From Octopus vulgaris (Eukaryota), in the NCBI GenBank assembly GCA_951406725.2, contig OX597826.1, positions 70,556,001 to 70,620,000 on the forward strand: DNA of 64,000 nt, read 5' to 3'. Position 1 is the stretch's first letter. Each line of letters starts with the position of its first letter. The notes under the pieces are model-generated. The model had not been told where the DNA came from. It saw nothing but the letters and a program-made list of their open reading frames with translations, and made no database searches. The position numbers were made by a program, and so were the translations under genes. Below, piece by piece: positions 39,400 through 53,730 of this stretch.

Positions 39400-40349
39400 A
39401 AGAGAGGCAAAAGTCTTTCTTTCTCACTCTTTCTCTCCTCCTCTCTCTGTAAGTGTTCAAAAGTCTTTAGGTACAAAATGTTTCCAAGATATCATTCTAA
39501 GAGATCTTTTAGGTAGTCCATTATTAAATTCTGCCGAACTCAACTTTGCGTATCAATCAAGTTATCGATTTAACCGTAGATGAATGAAATATGTGTACGC
39601 GGTTAAAAGAGGAAGTCGCCTTTGTCTCAAATGTGTAATAGTATTAGAAGTTGATTTTGTAAGATATGTGTTATGTCAGATATGTTAGGTGTCAGACAGC
39701 GTTAGGTGATTATTATAGAAATTGTAGTAGCAAGGTGTATTACAACAGTCAGTTGTGATTGTGTACAATGTGTATTGTGTACGTTGTGGTATAGAACTAG
39801 GAGGACATTGTACAGAATATGCTGGTGAGAAGTATCGCGCTTCCTTTTCATGTAAAAATTAAATAAAAGAGAAGTCGATAAGGGTTTGGTCGAAGAGAAA
39901 AATTATCTGTCAACCACACAACTTTTTCCATTGAAGCTAACAGATTGAGGAAAAGTGCCTGTTTTTTTTTTGTCTTTTTCTTTTGAAATCAAAGTAAGGC
40001 GATTGGATGATTTTTCACAATGGGCTAGGCCAGTAGCGAGGCCAGAGATTTCTGGAAATTATCTATAGTCCTTAGGTCAGCAGTCCTCCGGAATAGACCA
40101 GCCAGTTTATCATCGTTGATGTTTAGAGTTTACTTGAGAATGCCTTTTCTCTTTCTAGTTATTAGTCATCTGTTGGATGTTAACGTGGGAGTTTCACTGG
40201 CTGCGTTGCTAGATTGATAGAAGGCCGTGAGCGCATGGCAATATTCTAGATGCCTAAAGCGGCGAGCAGGCAGAATCGTTACCATGCTGGAGAAATTCCT
40301 ACGGCATTTGTATCGACTTTACGTTCTGGGTTCAAATGTCGTCAGCTCT

Positions 40350-40680
40350 AGACCGGTCTGAAATGTTTGATGATAATATTTGATAGATACTACCTGTCTG
40401 ATCCAGTTTGAACCGGTTGGGAGCGGTTTGAATAGATTTGAACCGGTCTGAACTGGTTTGAACGGGTTTGGGCCGGTTAAAACTGGTTTGATTGATGCGA
40501 CGTGTTTGATTCGGCTCCAACCGGTCTGGATCGATCTGATCCGTTTTGGACCTGTTTGAACGGGTTTTGACCGATCTGATCTGATATGGACCGGTTTGGA
40601 CAGTTTGTACCAGTTTGGACAGCTTGTACCGGTTTGGACTGGTCTGAGCCGGTTTGGACCGGTTAGGATTAGGGTTTGAT
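40350..40680. repeat. Degenerate 10-bp minisatellite (consensus approximately GAACCGGTTT)
   Basis: gaaccggttg, aaccggtctg, aactggtttg, gaccggtttg and similar units at about 10-bp period. Confidence 0.8.
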
Positions 40681-41517
40681 GTTTGATGAAGATGTTTTAT
40701 GAAGATATGATGTTTGATGAAGACGTTTAATGACAATACCTGGTGTCCATTTGGGATCTTTGCTCGACCCAGGACTGCAACTCCTTCAAAGAGGCATGAT
40801 GTGGGAAAACATGCCTGGCAAAAGGCGACCAGCCTTGGCTTGCCAACCCCTTTGCATCACAAGTGGAGCGTGTCCCATCGATAAAAAATGCAAAGGAGCA
40901 GACCCACCAATTCGCTCAGATGAAAACTGAAACAAGGTGCGATGCTCAAGTGATATTTTATATATACGTCTTCGCCACCTTTTACTGTATATTAAAAAAT
41001 AGCTTCTCATCAGCCTATTTCTGGGTGAGATTGGTTACAATGTTCGTAACCAGCCCCAATCTACTTAGAGACCCGAACGAACCAGACCTCCAAACAACTT
41101 AACCGAGATATCGAACCACTCTCCGCGTATGCAACCCCAAGGACATGTCCGGGTTAACATTCGCTCCTGTCATCCTGCCGTATTTCTTTAGAACGTTGTT
41201 AACCATCTTGTCTTCTATGGTTCCTGACAATTACAGTGAGATCATCCGCATAAGATAATCCCACAAACGAAATGTATCTAAGCAGCTCCAGTTTCCTAAG
41301 CAGTGGATCGGTAGTCATTAGCACTCAGAAGAGACATTAGTGGAAAAGATCCCGATATGTTACCATTTCATCTGAGTACCGAGAAGGTGCCGGTGTACAG
41401 ATAAATCAAGTAACATTTTCTCATATGACCCATATGATCCCTTGTAGTCCACACAAGATTTTGTGGGGTCCAAACAAGCAAAATAGTAAACTGGGTCCAA
41501 AATAATATTTTATGGAT

Positions 41518-41868
41518 CTCTTTACTCTTTTACTCTCTTTTACATATTTCAGTCATTTGACTGCGGCCATGCTGTAGCACCGCCTTTTAGTCGAGCAAAT
41601 CGACCCCCAGGACTTATTCTTTGTAAGCCTAGTACTTATTCTATCGGTCTCTTTTGCCGAACCGCTAAGTTACGGGGGACAAACACAGACACACACACAT
41701 ATATAAACATACATCTTTCAGTTTCCGTCTACCAAATCCACTCGCAAGGCTTTGGTCGGCCCGAGGCTATAGAAGAAGACACATACCCAAGGTGCCACGC
41801 AGTGGGACTGAACTCAGAACCATGTGGTCCGTAAGCAAGCTACTTACCACACAGCCACTCCTACGCCT
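41518..41868 (-). mobile_element. SINE A with internal deletions
   Basis: Tail to head cactcctacgcct. Confidence 0.88.
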
Positions 41869-42019
41869 ATGAAAAATTTCTGCTTTAGTTGTATTTATTG
41901 CAAGAAACAGCGAACTTTCTTTAACGTTTTACATTGTTCAACCTACACAAGGGAATCTATGACAAAAAGAAGTGTCCATAAAGCTAGTTTTTAAACAGTG
42001 CATTGCAATGAGGGTCCAC

Positions 42020-42260
42020 TTTGTTCCTTCTGGAGCCACGCGTGGCTCATAAGAGCCGGTTTACAGGTTTCATTGGCGTATAGGTTCCCCACCTGGATAG
42101 GACGCCCGTCCGTCGCCGATGTCGACTTTGCCCTTCATCCTTTCGGAATAGAAAAATTAAGTACCAGTTACACACTGGGGTCGATGTAACCAAGCTAATT
42201 CCTTTGTCTGTCCTTGTTTGTCCCCTCTATGTTTAGCCCCTTGTGTGTAGTAAAGGAATA
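42020..42260. mobile_element. SINE E/D-type 3' tail (-) fused to a SINE B body (+)
   Basis: ttgttccttc..gccacgc..ggctcata...ggcgtataggttccccacctgga, then gtcgactttgcccttcatcc. Confidence 0.7.
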
Positions 42261-42398
42261 TATCGCCTTCAATGTACGAATCCTACAACCACAACATTTA
42301 CCACAACTTCGACAGCAACTGTTTTATCCAAATCCAAAACTGCTGTTTAACAACTCTAAGAGGTTCACATTCATACATATACACATTTAAAAACATAA

Positions 42399-42430
<32 letters not shown>

Positions 42431-42587
42431 TCACAGGCACAATTTAAAAGAAAACCATCCAGAAATGTAGTCGAAGAATTTGCCATGTTCGCGTGATCTA
42501 CTAATTATATCTGTAGACTGATTTTAACACCTTACTCCAAGCTATAATTTGCAAAGGGGAAGGAGGAGGGGAGAAGGAGGAGAAGAC

Positions 42588-42617
42588 CAAACAACAACAG
42601 CAACAACAACAAAATAA

Positions 42618-42658
<41 letters not shown>

Positions 42659-42711
42659 CACTACTACTACTACTACTACAACTACTACTACTACCACCCC
42701 CACCCCTACCC

Positions 42712-42803
<92 letters not shown>

Positions 42804-42804
42804 G

Positions 42805-42842
<38 letters not shown>

Positions 42843-42850
42843 ATTGCTAC
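42588..42850. repeat. (AAC)/(ACT)/(GCT) triplet repeats
   Basis: Direct reading. Confidence 0.95.
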
Positions 42851-43179
42851 TCCTAATGCTAATCTAAACAATCATTTAAACAGAGTCTAAATAGTTCACA
42901 ATTAGAAACACATCTAGCTGCAATCGTGTTCTGCGTTTTTGAATCTTAATATCTGTCTGGCGACCATTAACTCAGCTTCGAGATACAGATTATATATTTT
43001 GAAATGGAAATTGAAAGGAAAGAGAGAAAAAAGTTGTTAACTCTTCAAAAATTCAAACAGCATCTGGTAACATTAAATGATTTAGCAAAATACATAGTGA
43101 CTCGATTTGATGGTCTATCTATCTATCTATTTTTTCTTTTTCTTTCCTTTTTTTTCTTTTTCTTTTCTTTTCTTTCCCT

Positions 43180-43300
43180 TTTACGATCCCTTTTGATCGA
43201 AAACCTACCCCACTTTTTTATCTTTTCTCCCCCAAAAGAAAAGCTCTACTTTGTAATCTGTCCCGTCTGTGTGCAGCCCTGTGTGGCTAATAAAGAAACA

Positions 43301-43397
<97 letters not shown>

Positions 43398-43579
43398 ATC
43401 TGTCTGTCTGTCTACACTTTACATCATGACATTTCTGTGATACACGATTCCTATCGATCTTTTTTTCTACGATCCCATTTGATCGAAAACCTACCCTCTT
43501 TTTTCCTCCCCAAAAAGAAAAGCTCTACTTTGTAATTTGTCCCCGCTGTGTTCAGCCCTGTGTGGCTTATAAAGAAACA

Positions 43580-43582
<3 letters not shown>
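43180..43582 (+). mobile_element. Two further copies of the (CTAT)n-tailed element
   Basis: Near-identical to 37995-38125. Confidence 0.65.
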
Positions 43583-43638
<56 letters not shown>

Positions 43639-43641
43639 TTA

Positions 43642-45409
<1,768 letters not shown>

Positions 45410-45640
45410 CTTCAGCTATCACATCCTGCATGTGCCGCTTGGTCACAGTGAAGGATCTGATTGAACACTTATATCTGCTTGTGACTACGCATGCATCTAA
45501 GTACATGCTAACAAGTCACACACACTCGCGAGTGATGGCTGTGTTTGTATTACACATTATATAACTCAATATTGAATTTAAGGAAAAACTAGTTTCAACT
45601 AACATAAAAAGAACTGAAGCGGAAGATATTATTTTACATA

Positions 45641-46030
45641 TACAGGGTGCGGTGAATATATTGTCGTCTAAATTACGCAAAAATAAAAATAACACTGACA
45701 TCTCATTTTAACAAATATATTTACCAAAATTACATAAAAATATCTTGAAATACTAGAGAGTAAATTTATTCTATAAAATCGCCATTGGCTTCAACCACGG
45801 CCTCCAGACGACTTTGGAATCGCCCTGCAACTCTTCTGGACGGTCTCCTTGTGCCGTAATCCTTGCCTTCAGTTCATCTTTGGTGTTACAAGGAGTTTTG
45901 TTGGACTCTCGCTCAGCTGCGCTCCGCATAAAATAATCAAGAGCGTTGTAGATTGGGGAGTTAGGTGGCCAAATGTTAGGGGTGGTGTGGTCGCAGAAAT
46001 TGTCTGACCTTTTGACCATGAATCACTCTG
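45641..46030 (-). mobile_element. maT/DD37D-like Tc1-mariner 3' end relic
   Basis: TA|CAGGGTG terminus; WPPNSP.YNALDYF..SAAERESNKTPCNTKDELKARI. Confidence 0.75.
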
Positions 46031-46134
46031 TTACTTCTGCTAAATATTAATAAGACATATACATGTACTCATGTATTGAGCTCTATTTTTCCCGTTTGCA
46101 TCAACATATATGTGTGTGCGTATATACATACATA

Positions 46135-46294
<160 letters not shown>

Positions 46295-46446
46295 AAACTT
46301 TGCCGCATACTGAACTCATTAGAAATAGCAGCTAAAAAAAAATTTTTTAAAACTATCTCCAATACTTAAAGAAAACCTCTCTCATATAGTGTTTGCTCAA
46401 TTCAACTCACGAAAGTATGGGGGTAGAGACATTAAAAAATCAAATG

Positions 46447-46520
46447 CAAAGGTTATTTGAGAACGTACGTTTCAAGATTAGTCAAAATCGACACTTCTAT
46501 CATCAGCTCAGAACTCCCTG
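46447..46520 (-). ncRNA. Type I hammerhead ribozyme, inverted unit
   Basis: Reverse complement of the motif at 46990-47063. Confidence 0.72.
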
Positions 46521-46989
46521 GTTTGGATTTGAAAACACTGAAAGTGGGAGCATACCCTTCGGCTGTTATCGCTTCTGAAGATCTGCTCAAAACTAACAGT
46601 GCTAGCAAATTCAAATATGCAAGCGAAGAATTTCTGCTCTCCCCTTTCCACCAGCGTGGGTTAAAATCAGCAAACACTATGCTTTTTTCGGTAAAATCCG
46701 AGGCATTATATAGAGAGAGATGAATTATAATTTCAACAATTGAGGGTAAAATTAATTAATTAATCAATTTCACCAAGTATTCAGTATACAAAGGGACCAT
46801 TTAATCAATTTCACCAAGTATTCAGTATACAAAGGGACCATTTTGGACCCACGCTGGTGGAAAGGGAGAGCAGAAATTCTTCGCTTGCATATTTGAATTT
46901 GCTAGCGCACTGTTAGTTTTGAGCAGATCTTCAGAAGCGATAACAGCCGAAAGGGTATGCTCCCACTTTCAGTGTTTTCAAATCCAAAC

Positions 46990-47063
46990 CAGGGAGTTCT
47001 GAGCTGATGATAGAAGTGTCGATTTTGACTAATCTTGAAACGTACGTTCTCAAATAACCTTTG
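46990..47063 (+). ncRNA. Type I hammerhead ribozyme, unit 1
   Basis: cagggaguucugag-CUGAUGA-uaga..guc-gauuuu-gac..ucuu-GAAA-cguac-GUU|cuca-aau-aaccuuug; stem I ugag/cuca with extension; palindromic stem III AACGUACGUU. Confidence 0.75.
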
Positions 47064-47547
47064 CATTTGATTTTTTAATGTCTCTACCCCCATAATTTCG
47101 TGAGTTGAATTGAGCAAACACTATATGAGAGAGGTTTTCTTTAAGTATTGGAGATAGTTTTAAAAAAGTTTTTTTAGCTGCTATTTCTAATGAGTTCAGT
47201 ATGCGGCAAAGTAATTTATTTTACTAAGCCCTTTTATATAATGTAATAATTTGAATTCGCCTTAAATGGTCCCTTTGTATACTGAATACTTGGTGAAATT
47301 GATTAATTAATTAATTTTACCCTCAATTGTTGAAATTATAATTCATCTCTCTCTATATAATGCCTCGGATTTTACCGAAAAAAGCATAGTGTTTGCTGAT
47401 TTTAACCCACGCTGGTGGAAAGGGGAGAGCAGAAATTCTTCGCTTGCATATTTGAATTTGCTAGCACTGTTAGTTTTGAGCAGATCTTCAGAAGCGATAA
47501 CAGGCCGAAAGGGTATGCTCCCACTTTCAGTGTTTTCAAATCCAAAC

Positions 47548-47621
47548 CAGGGAGTTCTGAGCTGATGATAGAAGTGTCGATTTTGACTAATCTTGAAACG
47601 TACGTTCTCAAATAACCTTTG
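47548..47621 (+). ncRNA. Type I hammerhead ribozyme, unit 2
   Basis: Identical motif; CTGATGA 47562-68, GAAA 47595-98. Confidence 0.75.
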
Positions 47622-48102
47622 CATTTGATTTTTTAATGTCTCTACCCCCATACTTTCTTGAGTTGAATTGAGCAAACACTATATGAGAGAGGTTTTCTTT
47701 AAGTATTGGAGATAGTTTTAAAAAGTTTTTTTAGCTGCTATTTCTAATGAGTTCAGTATGCGGCAAAGTAATTTATTTTACTAAGCCCTTTTATATAATG
47801 TAATACTTTGAATTCGCCTTAAATGGTCCCTTTGTATACTGAATACTTGGTGAAATTGATTAATTAATTAATTTTACCCTCAATTGTTGAAATTATAATT
47901 CATCTCTCTCTATATAATGCCTCGGATTTTACCGAAAAAAGCATAGTGTTTGCTGATTTTAACCCACGCTGGTTGAAAGGAGAGCAGAAATTCTTCGCTT
48001 GCATATTTGAATTTGCTAGCACTGTTAGTTTTGAGCAGATCTTCAGAAGCGATAACAGGCCGAAAGGGTATGCTCCCACTTTCAGTGTTTTCAAATCCAA
48101 AC

Positions 48103-48176
48103 CAGGGAGTTCTGAGCTGATGATAGAAGTGTCGATTTTGACTAATCTTGAAACGTACGTTCTCAAATAACCTTTG
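48103..48176 (+). ncRNA. Type I hammerhead ribozyme, unit 3
   Basis: Identical motif; CTGATGA 48117-23. Confidence 0.75.
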
Positions 48177-48659
48177 CATTTGATTTTTTAATGTCTCTAC
48201 CCCCATACTTTCTTGAGTTGAATTGAGCAAACACTATATGAGAGAGGTTTTCTTTAAGTATTGGAGATAGTTTTAAAAAGTTTTTTTAGCTGCTATTTCT
48301 AATGAGTTCAGTATGCGGCAAAGTAATTTATTTTACTAAGCCCTTTTATATAATGTAATAATTTGAATTCGCCTTAAATGGTCCCTTTGTATACTGAATA
48401 CTTGGTGAAATTGATTAATTAATTAATTTTACCCTCAATTGTTGAAATTATAATTCATCTCTCTCTATATAATGCCTCGGATTTTACCGAAAAAAGCATA
48501 GTGTTTGCTGATTTTAACCCACGCTGGTGGAAAGGGGAGAGCAGAAATTCTTCGCTTGCATATTTGAATTTGCTAGCACTGTTAGTTTTGAGCAGATCTT
48601 CAGAAGCGATAACAGGCCGAAAGGGTATGCTCCCACTTTCAGTGTTTTCAAATCCAAAC

Positions 48660-48733
48660 CAGGGAGTTCTGAGCTGATGATAGAAGTGTCGATTTTGACT
48701 AATCTTGAAACGTACGTTCTCAAATAACCTTTG
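48660..48733 (+). ncRNA. Type I hammerhead ribozyme, unit 4
   Basis: Identical motif; CTGATGA 48674-80. Confidence 0.75.
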
Positions 48734-49218
48734 CATTTGATTTTTTAATGTCTCTACCCCCATACTTTCTTGAGTTGAATTGAGCAAACACTATATGAGA
48801 GAGGTTTTCTTTAAGTATTGGAGACAGTTTTAAAAAAGTTTTTTTTAGCTGCTATTTCTAATGAGTTCAGTATGCGGCAAAGTAATTTATTTTACTAAGC
48901 CCTTTTATATAATGTAATAATTTGAATTCGCCTTAAATGGTCCCTTTGTATACTGAATACTTGGTGAAATTGATTAATTAATTAATTTTACCCTCAATTG
49001 TTGAAATTATAATTCATCTCTCTCTATATAATGCCTCGGATTTTACCGAAAAAAGCATAGTGTTTGCTGATTTTAACCCACGCTGGTGGAAAGGGGAGAG
49101 CAGAAATTCTTCGCTTGCATATTTGAATTTGCTAGCACTGTTAGTTTTGAGCAGATCTTCAGAAGCGATAACAGGCCGAAAGGGTATGCTCCCACTTTCA
49201 GTGTTTTCAAATCCAAAC

Positions 49219-49292
49219 CAGGGAGTTCTGAGCTGATGATAGAAGTGTCGATTTTGACTAATCTTGAAACGTACGTTCTCAAATAACCTTTG
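49219..49292 (+). ncRNA. Type I hammerhead ribozyme, unit 5
   Basis: Identical motif; CTGATGA 49233-39. Confidence 0.75.
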
Positions 49293-49561
49293 CATTTGAT
49301 TTTTTAATGTCTCTACCCCCATACTTTCTTGAGTTGAATTGAGCAAACACTATATGAGAGAGGTTTTCTTTAAGTATTGGAGACAGTTTTAAAAAAGTTT
49401 TTTTAGCTGCTATTTCTAATGAGTTCAGTATGCGGCAAAGTAATTTATTTTACTAAGCCCTTTTATATAATGTAATAATTTGAATTCGCCTTAAATGGTC
49501 CCTTTGTATACTGAATACTTGGTGAAATTGATTAATTAATTAATTTTACCCTCAATTGTTG

Positions 49562-49596
<35 letters not shown>

Positions 49597-49669
49597 AAAT
49601 ATTAGGGAATAAATCCAAATTTACAGCGAAAAATCAGAATTAGGATTGAATCCAATTTTATAGTAAAAT

Positions 49670-49779
49670 ATATTATATTAAATTAGAGATAAAACCACTA
49701 TTAGGCAAAAATTATGTATTGGCTTGAGTTTTTCATTGTATGATTTGCCTGATAGTGGTTTTATCTCTAATTTAATATA

Positions 49780-49783
<4 letters not shown>
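49670..49783. repeat. 40-bp inverted repeat with a 34-nt spacer
   Basis: ATATTATATTAAATTAGAGATAAAACCACTATTAGGCAAA / TTTGCCTGATAGTGGTTTTATCTCTAATTTAATATAATAT; spacer and right arm recur at about 21178-21243. Confidence 0.85.
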
Positions 49784-49835
<52 letters not shown>

Positions 49836-50054
49836 TACTAATGGATGTTGACGCTCCAAATTTATGTGCCTGTCGAAGGCATCGAAATCGATATAACCTT
49901 TAAATAGGTGGCTGATGAAGGGTTAATTTTCGTTTTCGTTTTCTCGCCTGTCATGTGCTCTCATTATTTGTGCTTAATGTTTTAGATTGACGTTTTCTGG
50001 CGGCGTACATAGCTGTATTTTCTTACATACATTTTGTTATGTATTTATGTACGT

Positions 50055-50197
50055 AAATGTGTATGTATGTATGTATGTATGTATGTATGTATGTATGTAT
50101 GTATGTATGTATGTATGTATGTATGTATGTATGTATGTTTGTTTGTATGTATGTATGTATGTATGTATGTATGCATGCATGTATGTATGTATGTATG

Positions 50198-50257
<60 letters not shown>

Positions 50258-50446
50258 GTCTATGTAGATACATTCTATTCACACCAACAAATATATAAGG
50301 CTTTGCACACACATTTATATATGTGCATGTGCGTGTGTGTGGGGGTGTGTACGTGTATAAACATGCATACAGACACGCACAGACCTATACACATTTATTA
50401 TAAATGCGCATATATATATACACGCCCATATAAATATATATATGTT

Positions 50447-50529
<83 letters not shown>

Positions 50530-50850
50530 TGATACACATACATTATATATATGTGTGTTCACTTACGTATTTGTATATATATGTGTATGTATGTATGTAT
50601 GTATGTATGTATGTATGTATGTATGTATGTATGTTTGTTTGTTTGTGTGTATGAATGTATGTATGTATATATGTATGAATGCATGTATGTATATGTGTGT
50701 GTGTATGTATGTATGTTTGTGTGTGTATGTATGTATGTATGTTTGTGTGTGTATGTATGTATGTACGTATGTATGCATGTATGTATGTATGTATGTATGT
50801 ATGTATGTATGTGTGTGTATGTATGTATGTATGTATGCATGTATGTATGT
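50055..50850. repeat. (TATG)n/(TA)n microsatellites
   Basis: Direct reading. Confidence 0.93.
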
Positions 50851-50968
50851 GCACGCCCACGTTTAGAATGTTTTATCTAAAACCCCCGTGAAATAATAGG
50901 ACCGCTAATAATGTTACGGCAGCTATTCATTTGACAGTGGAGATAATCTGAGGGAAACTGATATGAAA

Positions 50969-51535
<567 letters not shown>

Positions 51536-51599
51536 CTATTATCACCAGGAGCTTGTGCATGACTGTTCTCTTTGCTAGAAATAGTAACTAAAGCTACTC

Positions 51600-52260
51600 A
51601 GGCATTGGCTGTACGGTTAAGGGCGCTTTACAACAACGTAGTTTCAAGTTAAGTCCCATGGCACGGTACCTTGGGCAAGCGCTTTCTACTATAGCTCCGA
51701 GCCGTCCAGTGTTTTGTGGGAGAATTTGGTATACAGCCCCAGGCCGACCAGACACTTCCGAGTGGATTTGATAGATGGAAACTGAATGAAGCCCATCATG
51801 TATAGATATGTATCTATGTGTGCACGTGTCTTTAGCATTATGCTTGTCCCTCACTACCGCTTGACAACCGGTAATGGTGTGTTTACGTAATGGTCTGTAA
51901 CTTAGCAGGACAAATCGATAGAGTAGATAACACGCTTAAGAACATAAGAGCTGGAATCGATTCGGTCGACTAAACTCTTCAAGGCGGTGCCCCAACATGG
52001 CCACAGTCTAATGACTGAAACAATTGAAAGATAAAAGATATAATGTGTGTGTGTGTGTGTGTGTCTTTGTGTTTGTTCCCAACACAGCTTGACAAACGGT
52101 GTTGGTCCCTATAACTTAGCGGTTCGGTTCGGCAAAAAAGCCCGATAAAAAAGTACCGGGCTTAAGAACATAAGTGCTAGAATCGATTTGTTTGTCTAAA
52201 CACTTCGAAGCGGTGCCCCAGCATGACCGCAGTCTAATTACTAAAACAAATAATAAAGTA
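51600..52260 (+). mobile_element. Old SINE A copies with a duplicated 3' part
   Basis: ccttgggcaag, gagtggatttg, aaggcggtgcccc motifs, diverged. Confidence 0.65.
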
Positions 52261-52602
52261 TAATATTAATTAATGATAAGGACACCGTATTTCGTTATAT
52301 ACCCCTAATATACAACCTGGAATATTAAAGGCTTATGAATCAATACTATGTCCTACATGTGTTAGCAGTGCGATTCATTTTTTAGAGTCATCTCTACAGA
52401 TTTTCTATAGAAATTACAGCCAGCACTGGAAGTTACTATCTTCACTCGCATTGTTTACAAAGACGTATTCGTATACGAAAAGTCCTAACTTTCAGCGCTA
52501 GCTCTAATTTCTACTGAATCTGTGTGTATGTGTGTGTGTGTGTGTATGTGTGTGTGTGTGTATGTGTGTGTGTGTGTGTGTATATATGTGTGTGTATGTA
52601 TG

Positions 52603-52637
<35 letters not shown>

Positions 52638-53249
52638 CTCGCCATCACTTGGTAACCTGTGTTAGTTCTTTTTTGCGTCCTTCTAAACGGTTCGGCCAAA
52701 AAGACCGATCAAATAAACACCAGACTAAAAAAATAAATACTAGGGGGTGGGGGTCATTTGTTTGAGGTGGTGCCCCAGCATGGCCGCAGTCCAATGAATG
52801 AAACAAAAGATAAAAGATGAAAAAAAAAAGAAAATCCCAAATTCACATCACGTTTTAATTTCGTAAAGCCACCACATCAGATAATTTAATCCTAGATTTA
52901 TATTTTACTCCCCCCCACCACCACAAAAAAAAAATCCGGATGGTCACGGATGGAATGCCTTTCTTTACAGGGTAGGGTCTTACTCGATTCGAATCAACCA
53001 AGAGTTAAACAACATCTGCGTCGCAATTCCAGCAAACCATTGATATCACAATCTAACAACAACAACAACAACAACAGCAATATCAACAACATTGCAAAAG
53101 CGCGAAGGAATCCAACGTAAAGCATTTCTGCATAAAAGATAAAGTAACGTTCCAGATTATACACTAACGCCATCTAGTTGTACAAAACAACGTACTTTCC
53201 GATCGTGTAGGGCTTCCTTCCGTTTTTTTATAACACTTTCCCCCGTCGT

Positions 53250-53300
53250 CGCTCCTCTTCCTTCCCACCTCTTTCTCCTCCTAATTCCAATTCTTCCTCA

Positions 53301-53359
<59 letters not shown>

Positions 53360-53730
53360 CACTACCTTTACTGCTTTTTTCTCTGCGTTCCTCTCCTTCT
53401 CTTCTTTTCCCGCCTGCTTCCCCTCCTCCTTCTTCTGCCCCTCTCCTTCTTCTGCTCCTCCTCTCCTTCTTCTCCTCCTCCACCTCCTCCCTCTCCTCCC
53501 TCTCCTCTCTCTCTGCTGATACTACTACTACCACCACCACCACCACCATCACCACCACCACCACCAGACAGACAGAAAGAAAGAAAGAAAGATGGAAAGA
53601 AAGGAAGAAAGATAGAAAAAGAAAGAAAGAAAGAAAGACAGACAGACAGACAGACAGAAAGAAAGAAAGACAGAAAGAAAGACAGACAGACAGACAGACA
53701 GAAAGAAAGAATGAAAGAAAGAAAGGGTGA
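53250..53730. repeat. (ACT)n, CT-rich and (AAAG/ACAG)n repeats
   Basis: Direct reading. Confidence 0.9.

Larger units (their letters stand above)
46297..49569. repeat. Tandem array of ~557-bp hammerhead-containing units (five direct, one inverted); retrozyme/Penelope-LTR-like
   Basis: Predicted cleavage sites after 47048, 47606, 48161, 48718 and 49277 (periods 558, 555, 557, 559); inverted unit 46297-46843; (TA)n at both ends. Confidence 0.9.

Noticed and set aside
40700-41400. Possible retroelement relic (higher GC, coding-like)
   Set aside because: No motif could be recognised with confidence; needs tBLASTx
46574-46640. CTGAAGA...GAAG as an opposite-polarity ribozyme in the array unit
   Set aside because: GAAG instead of GAAA and no stem I/III closure; only one polarity has an HHR
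47343-49346. Repeated 106-110 aa minus-strand ORFs in the array
   Set aside because: No recognisable domain, frameshifted between units, and antisense to the ribozyme strand
49880-49930. CTGTCGA..GAAAtcgaTA and a nearby CTGATGA
   Set aside because: Non-canonical core and no stems I/II
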